This document shows, one piece after another, positions 57,741 to 64,000 of a DNA stretch of 64,000 bases. Source of the stretch: Candidatus Goldiibacteriota bacterium (GTDB lineage Bacteria > Oederibacteriota > PGYV01); the NCBI GenBank assembly GCA_016937715.1, contig JAFGWA010000005.1, positions 5,040-69,039 on the forward strand, given 5' to 3'. How positions within the stretch are numbered: position 1 is the first letter of the stretch; every line of letters begins with the position of its first letter. Under the pieces are notes generated by a model, which saw only the letters and a program-made list of their open reading frames with translations, did not search any database and was not told the origin of the DNA. Made by a program: the position numbers and the translations under genes.

Positions 57741-58111
57741 CAGTTTTCCTTTATTTTTAGCATCAATTGTATAGCTTTAATAAACTCGTCAGGATTATCA
57801 GGTGTAATAGCCCACTCATAAAAAATCATTCCATCTTTTCTTTCAATTATTGTTGTTTCACCCCAGATATTATTTCTAATGTTTAATCTACTTGCAAAGG
57901 GATCAACCATACCTTCCAGAGATGAACCCTTTCTAATACTTTTTATATTATTAATAGATATAAAAAAAACAGGAATTATCCCAAAAAGACAAATTACAAT
58001 CTTTTCTTGCTTTACTTTATATTGTAAGATGAATCTAAATAACCATTGAAAAAACGCTATAAAAACAATAACAAATCCAATAAATTTCAAAAACTCAACA
58101 CCAACACTCAT
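57740..58111 (-). CDS. hypothetical membrane-anchored protein (AT-rich)
   Basis: Two N-terminal TM helices; its stop overlaps the start of 56472-57740. Confidence 0.4.
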   Translation of the reverse strand: MSVGVEFLKFIGFVIVFIAFFQWLFRFILQYKVKQEKIVICLFGIIPVFFISINNIKSIRKGSSLEGMVDPFASRLNIRNNIWGETTIIERKDGMIFYEWAITPDNPDEFIKAIQLMLKIKEN

Positions 58112-58187
58112 TTTTCTTCACCTTTCCACTTTTCTTCTATATCAATTCCGAGCCGCCGAGCTGCTGAGCTGCCGAGCCGCAATGCCT

Positions 58188-59147
58188 TTAAAGGAACGCT
58201 TCTCTTATAAACATAAACTCTTCTTCAGTAAGCCCTTTGTCTGCGGCGGACAGGTTCATTTTTACCTGCTGTAAGTTCCTGAACCCCGGAATTACGCATG
58301 CCGCAGTTTCATGATACAGAATATACTGTAATGCCGCGCGCACAAGTGCTTCGCCGCCTGACCCAAATTTGCTTTTAAGCTTATCCACGCCGTCCATTAA
58401 TTTTTCAAACGTACCCGGCTTAAACTCATCCATCGTTTCCCTGACATCATTTTTATCAAACACAGGAGGGTTTTCTCTGCTGAATTTACCTGTTAATAAC
58501 CCGCGCGACAACGGATTAAACGCCACAAAAGTAATGTTCATTTCTTTCATCATTTTGCTTACAGGCCCTTCTGCCACAAAATCAGGGTGTATTATGTTGC
58601 ACCAGCTTTGAATGCAGTCGGGTTTTATCCTTGGGGTAAGCCTTAAAAAATCACCGGCTGAATATCCGGACAGCCCTATAGCTTTTATCACGCCTTCGCT
58701 TCTTAATTTATGAAACTCAGCAATAGCGCCTTCCAGGTATTCGTCATTCTTGCCGAAATCGCAGTTATGAAAGTAATAAATATCCAGCCTGTCCCTTTTT
58801 AAATTCTTCAGCGACTGCTCGCACTGCCTTCTTATATTGCGCGCGTCAAACGCGTTTTCAAATTCATTTTTGTTCCAGCCTACTTTGCTCGCAATTACAA
58901 CTTTTTTGTTTTTTGACCCAAGCGCGGATGCCAGCATTTTTTCCGCCTTGCCGCTGCCATATACGTCCGCGTTGTCAAAATGGTTAACCCCGTTATCAAC
59001 GGCGTAATTTATGGCTTCTGCCGCATCCTTATCGGAAACACCGTGCCACCCCATGCCGCCGCTGTCAATATCCCCGCCAAGTGTCCAGCATCCAAGCGAT
59101 ATTTCAGATACCATGATTCCTGTTTTACCTATCTCGCGTTTGTTCAT
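58188..59147 (-). CDS. aldo/keto reductase
   Basis: AKR family N-terminus IGKTGIMVSEISLGCWTLGG plus catalytic Asp/Tyr/Lys/His spacing. Confidence 0.85.
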   Translation of the reverse strand: MNKREIGKTGIMVSEISLGCWTLGGDIDSGGMGWHGVSDKDAAEAINYAVDNGVNHFDNADVYGSGKAEKMLASALGSKNKKVVIASKVGWNKNEFENAFDARNIRRQCEQSLKNLKRDRLDIYYFHNCDFGKNDEYLEGAIAEFHKLRSEGVIKAIGLSGYSAGDFLRLTPRIKPDCIQSWCNIIHPDFVAEGPVSKMMKEMNITFVAFNPLSRGLLTGKFSRENPPVFDKNDVRETMDEFKPGTFEKLMDGVDKLKSKFGSGGEALVRAALQYILYHETAACVIPGFRNLQQVKMNLSAADKGLTEEEFMFIREAFL

Positions 59148-59220
59148 TATTATTACCTCCCGCTGTTTTCAATTAAATCAGTGTTTTTATTAAACTATTA
59201 ATTATTATACCACACAGAAT

Positions 59221-59312
59221 GCCGGGAGAGACGAGGGTCGGAGGGTCGGAAGCAAAGACAAAAATAAAGCAAACATTGAAAATTCGAAATTCGAAGATTC
59301 GATTAACACCTA
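59221..59312. repeat. GGACGG-rich block plus GAAATTCGAAG block that precedes each tandem 203-bp element; repeated at 59521-59618, a variant at 47693-47735, and an inverted copy at 551-600
   Basis: GAGACGAGGGTCGGAGGGTCGGAAGCAAAGACAAAAA...AATTCGAAATTCGAAGATTCGATTAACACCTACA. Confidence 0.7.
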
Positions 59313-59515
59313 CAGGGGTTGGGTGTGTTTTTTCAGTGCGTGCCGCACAAGGATAATGTGTATGCGGCAGGAGCGGTTTAATGCAGCGCCGGCATACACG
59401 TATGTGCCGCGGGCTCACGATTGCCAATGACGTTAACATTCTGATGATTTCAAATTTGTTTGGATGTAAGCACACCAGTTTGCGGCACGCGCTGAAAAAA
59501 TATACCCAAACCCTG
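59313..59515. repeat. 203-bp inverted-repeat element, copy B
   Basis: Same termini as copy A; about 85% identical to copy C. Confidence 0.75.
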
Positions 59516-59618
59516 TAAAACCGAGAGACGGATGCACGGAGGGTCGGAGGGACGGAAGCAAAGACAAAAACAATACAAACATCGAAAATTCGAAATTCGA
59601 AGATTCGATTAACACCTA

Positions 59619-59821
59619 CAGGGGTTGGGTGTGTTTTTTCAGTGCGTGCCGCTTAAGAATAGTGTGTATGCGACAGGAGCGGTGTAATGCATCGCCGGCA
59701 GATTTGTATGTGCCGGGAGTTTACGATTGCCAATGACGTTAACATTTTGATGATTTCAATTTTGTTTGGATGCAAGCATACCAGTTTGCGGCACGCGCTG
59801 AAAAAATATACCCAAACCCTG
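59619..59821. repeat. 203-bp inverted-repeat element, copy C (in tandem with B), followed by the tail module 59827-59935
   Basis: Same termini; the tail is near-identical to 48107-48200. Confidence 0.75.
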
Positions 59822-59953
59822 TGAAACTGGATGCTTGGATGCTTAGAGGCTTGGACGTTTGGTAAAAGCAATTATAAAAGACAGATACAAAATCTGCGGG
59901 CTGAAGACCCGCGTCTACTAAGACTAAACCGAACCGCCGAGCCGCCGATTTCC

Positions 59954-60796
59954 CTACTTCTTGCCGTAAGTATCCGCCATATAAGAACTTCTTACAAACA
60001 CCCCTGATTCCGCGTGTTTAAAACCTTTACCCATTGCCGCCAGTTTATAAAATTCAAAACGCTCCGGTTTTAAATATTCCACAACCGGCGCGTTTTCCTT
60101 TGCCGGCCGTAAATACTGCCCTATTGAAATATAATCCACATCCGCGCCGCGGATATCATCAAGCGTTTTTAATACTTCCGCCTCTGTTTCACCAAGCCCA
60201 AGCATAATTCCGGACTTTGTTTTTTTCGCGCCAAGTTTTTTTGCTGTCTTTAAAACATCAAGGCTTCTTTCATATGAAGCGCCTTTTCTTATTTGATACA
60301 GCGACGGCACCACTTCTATATTATGCGCGAAGACATCCGGCATGGCATCCACTACGGTTTTTATGTCCGCAGCATTCCCTTTAAAATCCGGAACAAGCAC
60401 CTCTATTTTTATCCCTTCTATTATTGCCTTTCTGATTATATCGGCAAAAACTGACGCGCCGCCATCTTTTAAATCGTCCCTTGTGACGGAAGTTACCACA
60501 AGATATTTAAGTTTAAGCTTTTTAGCGGCTGTAATTACCCTTTCCGCTTCATTCAGGTCAAGTGTTTCCGGTTTTGCCTTTGTAACATTACAAAACATAC
60601 AATTCCTTGTACAGTTGTTTCCAAGAATTAAAAAAACAGCAGTCCCCCTTGCGTAACATTCCGAAATATTAGGGCAGCGCGCGCTGTGGCATACGGTATG
60701 AAGGTTCATTCCCCTTAACGCGGTTTCCGTATTATGCATATTTTTAAAGTCTATTTTTTTCTTTGCCCATTCCGGGCGTTTTATATCTTCGGCCAT
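59954..60796 (-). CDS. lipA: lipoyl synthase
   Basis: CHSARCPN and CTRNCMFC cluster motifs. Confidence 0.9.
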   Translation of the reverse strand: MAEDIKRPEWAKKKIDFKNMHNTETALRGMNLHTVCHSARCPNISECYARGTAVFLILGNNCTRNCMFCNVTKAKPETLDLNEAERVITAAKKLKLKYLVVTSVTRDDLKDGGASVFADIIRKAIIEGIKIEVLVPDFKGNAADIKTVVDAMPDVFAHNIEVVPSLYQIRKGASYERSLDVLKTAKKLGAKKTKSGIMLGLGETEAEVLKTLDDIRGADVDYISIGQYLRPAKENAPVVEYLKPERFEFYKLAAMGKGFKHAESGVFVRSSYMADTYGKK

Positions 60797-60798
60797 TT

Positions 60799-61596
60799 TT
60801 AAGTTTTACCTTCCATATTCCATTTAATTGACGCGTATTTACCGGTTAAAAGTTTTATTATCTCTTTTTTTTCTTCCATTGTAAAATCCGCGGGTTCAAG
60901 CGTGCAGTTAAAGGATTCCATAAAGGCCGCCGCCATGTTTGCCGCGGCTTCTAACGGCGCAACCTGCCTTTTTAAAAGCACGTTTAAACACGTATAATTA
61001 TTACCTTCTACGGGGCATTTAAAGTATTTTTCATGTTCTTCATTACCGGCAAGCGGCAGCGACCCGTGCTGAAAAATAAGACCTTTAACCCTTGCCTGCG
61101 CGTTGCCGCCGATTTTCTTTCCTTCTATTATAATGTCATATTCTTCCGTACCAGAAAAACAAAACCCAGCCCTTTGCCCGTGACTTTCTTCCGGCCGCGC
61201 GTACACGCCGTATGCCGGGTCAAGGCCGAACTTTTTATACATAAGCATGATAAAAGAATTTAATTTTTCAAAAGTTTTTTTTACCGGTTCGCCTTTACAG
61301 TCAATGTCATCTTCGCTGCACACAAGGCTGTATGTAAGTTCGCTGCCGTGAAAAATAGCGCCGCCGCCTGTCAGCCTGCGGACAATTGGGATTTTATCTT
61401 CAAGGCAGGCGTCTATATTTATGTCTTTTTCCGCGTCCTGGTATTTTCCAAGCGAGATGCCGGCAGGGTTCCACGAATACAGCCTTAACTGCGGCACACC
61501 TGTCTGCAGACAGCGGGAAATAAGAAATTCATCAATGGCCATATTCTCGTAGGGGGAATTGGCCTTAAACGGAAAAAAATCACCCTTTAAAAACAT
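60799..61596 (-). CDS. lipoate-protein ligase / octanoyltransferase (LplA/LipM family)
   Basis: BPL/LPL catalytic-domain features (...RRLTGGGAIFHG...); sits between lipA and gcvPB. Confidence 0.7.
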   Translation of the reverse strand: MFLKGDFFPFKANSPYENMAIDEFLISRCLQTGVPQLRLYSWNPAGISLGKYQDAEKDINIDACLEDKIPIVRRLTGGGAIFHGSELTYSLVCSEDDIDCKGEPVKKTFEKLNSFIMLMYKKFGLDPAYGVYARPEESHGQRAGFCFSGTEEYDIIIEGKKIGGNAQARVKGLIFQHGSLPLAGNEEHEKYFKCPVEGNNYTCLNVLLKRQVAPLEAAANMAAAFMESFNCTLEPADFTMEEKKEIIKLLTGKYASIKWNMEGKT

Positions 61597-63026
61597 TTAA
61601 GTCTTGGTTCTCTGGCGGCCTTTGTTTCATCCGGCCTGGACACAGGCGTGGTTACCGGCGTGTTTTTTATTTTATCAGGGTCGGTTTCCGCAAGTTTCGC
61701 GATATCAATCATATCTTCTATGAAAAGGTCAATGTCCTGTTTGGATTCTGTCTCTGTGGGCTCTATCATTATTGCCTCTTCCACCACAAGCGGAAAATAT
61801 ATGGTCGGCGGGTGGAAACCCCTGTCAATTAAAGCTTTGGCAATATCAAGCGCGTGCACGCCGTGCATTACCTGTTTTTTCGCGCTGAAAACCGCTTCGT
61901 GCATGCACGTGCGGTCATACGGCAGGTAATAATACGGCTTTAATTTTGCCATTATGTAATTGGCGTTTAAAACCGCTTTTTCAGAAACTTCAATAAGCCC
62001 TTCTTTGCCCAGCATTGTAATGTACGTGTACGCTTTAAGCATCACGCCAAAGTTTCCGAAGAAAGAAGCGATATTCCCTATTGTATGCGGTACATTAAAA
62101 TCAAGGGTGAATTTTCCCTCTTTTGTTTTTGCCACTGCAGGCACAGGCACAAAATCAGCAAGCCTTTCAGATACGCCCACCATTCCGGCGCCGGGGCCTC
62201 CGCCGCCGTGCGGCGTGGAAAAAGTTTTATGAAGATTAAGATGAACAATATCAAAGCCCATGTCTCCCGGCCTTGCTTTGCCCATAATAGCATTTAAGTT
62301 GGCTCCGTCGTAATACATAAGCGCGTCAAATTTTCTTGCCAGCGCCGACACTTCCAGCACCTCTTTTTCAAACACGCCAAGCGTGCTTGGGACAGTCATC
62401 ATTATGCCGGCTGTCTGCGCGTTCATCTTTTCTTTAAGGGCGCTTAAATCAATACCACCCGCGGAATTTACCGGCACTGTCACCACTTCATATCCTGCGG
62501 CGGCGGCTGATGCCGGGTTTGTGCCGTGCGCGGATTCGGGTACTATTATGTGCGTCTTATTATTACCGTGCACTTTATGATACTGCGCCATTAAAAGAAT
62601 GCCCGTCATTTCGCCGTGCGCGCCCGCGTAAGGCTGGGTGGTCATTTTTTTCATGCCTGTTATTTCGCACATCATTTCCGAGGTTTTATATATTACTTCC
62701 AGAGCGCCCTGCACAGCGTCTTCTTTTACATACGCCAGCATAGGGTGCGCGTTTATAAAGCCCGGCAGCACAGCTGTCACTTCATTTATTTTTGGATTAT
62801 ATTTCATAGTGCAGGAGCCAAGGGGATAAAAATGTGTATCCACGGAATAATTAAGGCGTGATAAATTTGTGTAATGCCTTACCACTTCAAGTTCGGACAC
62901 TTCCGGAAGCATGTTATCGGTCTTCCTTAATAAAGAAGGGTCAAGGCGGCTGTCCATATTGGTATCCGGAGTTCCCGGATCAACGCCGATTCTGCCTTTT
63001 ACGCTTTTTTCAAATATATTTTTCAT
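61587..63026 (-). CDS. gcvPB: glycine dehydrogenase (decarboxylating) subunit 2
   Basis: PLP-lysine block HLNLHKTFSTPHGGGGPG. Confidence 0.9.
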   Translation of the reverse strand: MKNIFEKSVKGRIGVDPGTPDTNMDSRLDPSLLRKTDNMLPEVSELEVVRHYTNLSRLNYSVDTHFYPLGSCTMKYNPKINEVTAVLPGFINAHPMLAYVKEDAVQGALEVIYKTSEMMCEITGMKKMTTQPYAGAHGEMTGILLMAQYHKVHGNNKTHIIVPESAHGTNPASAAAAGYEVVTVPVNSAGGIDLSALKEKMNAQTAGIMMTVPSTLGVFEKEVLEVSALARKFDALMYYDGANLNAIMGKARPGDMGFDIVHLNLHKTFSTPHGGGGPGAGMVGVSERLADFVPVPAVAKTKEGKFTLDFNVPHTIGNIASFFGNFGVMLKAYTYITMLGKEGLIEVSEKAVLNANYIMAKLKPYYYLPYDRTCMHEAVFSAKKQVMHGVHALDIAKALIDRGFHPPTIYFPLVVEEAIMIEPTETESKQDIDLFIEDMIDIAKLAETDPDKIKNTPVTTPVSRPDETKAAREPRLKCF

Positions 63027-63057
63027 TTTTTATCCTCTTTTTTGGTTTGACCTTAAA

Positions 63058-64000
63058 CTAAACACATTCTTTAACGGCTTTTATAAAAAGGTCTATCTGT
63101 GTTACCGTCTTTTTTTCCGTGGCATTCATAATAATGGTATTTTTATCCTGCGGGTAAAAAACAGAAGCAGGCAGCCCCGCTATAAAACCTTTCGCGGACA
63201 TCTCCTTAAAAAACACCTGCGCTTCTTTTTTTAACTTTACGGAGAATTCGTTAAACGTGGGTCCGGTTAAAACTTCAATCCCGGATATTTCGGATAGTTT
63301 TGTTTTTAAATACTCCGCCCTTTCAAGGTTTATAAGAGCCAGTTTTTTAAATCCCTCTTTTCCCATAAGCGACAAAAACACAACAGCCCGCAGCGCGCAC
63401 AGCGCCTGATTGCTGCAGATATTGGAAGTGGCTTTTTCCCTTTTTATGTGCTGTTCCCTTGCCTGAAGCGTAAGCACATAAACCGTGCGCCCTTCTTTAT
63501 CTGTGGTCTCGCCCACTATTCTGCCGGGTATTTTTCTCATGAATTTTTTGTTTACAGCCATTATGCCAAGGTAAGGCCCTCCAAATGAAAGCGGCTGCCC
63601 CAAAGACTGCCCTTCTGCTACGGCGATATCCGCGCCCATTTCCGCGGGCGTCTTTAAAATTCCAAGCGATACCGGGTAAAAAGATAATATGGATGCCGCG
63701 CCATTTTCTGCCGCCTGAGCGAACACGGAAGTATAATCATTAACAAAACCGTAAAAATTCGGGTTCTGCGCAACCACTGCCGCGGTGTCTGTATCTATCA
63801 TGGCTGCAAGAGCTTTAAGGTCTGTACGGCCGTTTTCTGCCGGCGCTTCAATAAATTCCACGCCGATATTTTTTGCGTGTGTTTTTAACATTTTTATATG
63901 CAGCGGATTAACGCCGCCGTCAATTATGACTTTCTTTTTTCTGCTTCCGCGGAACGCCATATTTACAGCTTCGTATATTGCGGTGCCGCCGTCGTATAAA
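63058..64000 (-). CDS. gcvPA: glycine dehydrogenase (decarboxylating) subunit 1, C-terminal part (5' end beyond the window)
   Basis: GcvPA C-terminal region; the ORF runs off the right edge of the window. Confidence 0.8.
   Translation of the reverse strand, partial: LYDGGTAIYEAVNMAFRGSRKKKVIIDGGVNPLHIKMLKTHAKNIGVEFIEAPAENGRTDLKALAAMIDTDTAAVVAQNPNFYGFVNDYTSVFAQAAENGAASILSFYPVSLGILKTPAEMGADIAVAEGQSLGQPLSFGGPYLGIMAVNKKFMRKIPGRIVGETTDKEGRTVYVLTLQAREQHIKREKATSNICSNQALCALRAVVFLSLMGKEGFKKLALINLERAEYLKTKLSEISGIEVLTGPTFNEFSVKLKKEAQVFFKEMSAKGFIAGLPASVFYPQDKNTIIMNATEKKTVTQIDLFIKAVKECV

Noticed and set aside
59313-59821. Possible CRISPR array (repeat-spacer-repeat)
   Set aside because: The repeats are 203 bp with terminal inverted repeats, there are only two units, and the spacer is itself a repeated module. 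No cas genes. Not CRISPR.
1-64000. tRNA, rRNA, tmRNA, integrase/transposase, phage or CRISPR-cas genes
   Set aside because: I scanned all intergenic spaces of 60 bp or more by eye and found no cloverleaf-like GC-rich 70-90-nt segments. No ORF has recombinase, transposase or Cas motifs.

Overview
This 64-kb window is gene-dense chromosomal DNA, apparently from an uncultivated diderm (Gram-negative-type) bacterium. Coding sequence is moderately AT-rich with Ala/Lys-rich proteins, and almost every gene is on the minus strand. Most content is housekeeping: comEA; pth-rplY(ctc)-prs-glmU; a sulfur/cysteine block (ArsR, a CoADR-rhodanese-TusA-DsrE fusion, an ECF sigma, Rrf2, cysK, metY); thiF-thiG-thiH-thiS...thiE behind a TPP riboswitch; Rrf2-nifS-nadA-nifU-mnmA; glgP; mfd; pgpA-pgsA-rimO; yajQ; a RodZ-like protein; a LolA-like lipoprotein; lipA, a lipoate ligase and gcvPB/gcvPA. 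Four things are not ordinary. (1) An ECF sigma / anti-sigma / PorV-like outer-membrane barrel / 1453-aa delta-60-repeat surface protein operon, in which the anti-sigma factor and the giant protein share the same C-terminal Ig-like domain. (2) A conserved promoter-operator module, TTGACA-N16/17-TATAAT followed directly by TATCAC-N7-GTGATA, in front of both the Rrf2-isc operon and ldhA. (3) A 203-bp element with 33-bp terminal inverted repeats, present three times (two in tandem), MITE-like or a structured RNA. (4) A modular family of short dispersed repeats filling many intergenic spaces: ATGCTTGG octamer runs, GGACGG-rich blocks, and several hairpins that all end in GTCYCTAC. Several AT-rich, Asn/Lys-rich islands look foreign. 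I found no rRNA, tRNA or CRISPR array. All calls rest on reading the ORF translations and the DNA by eye; no searches were run.
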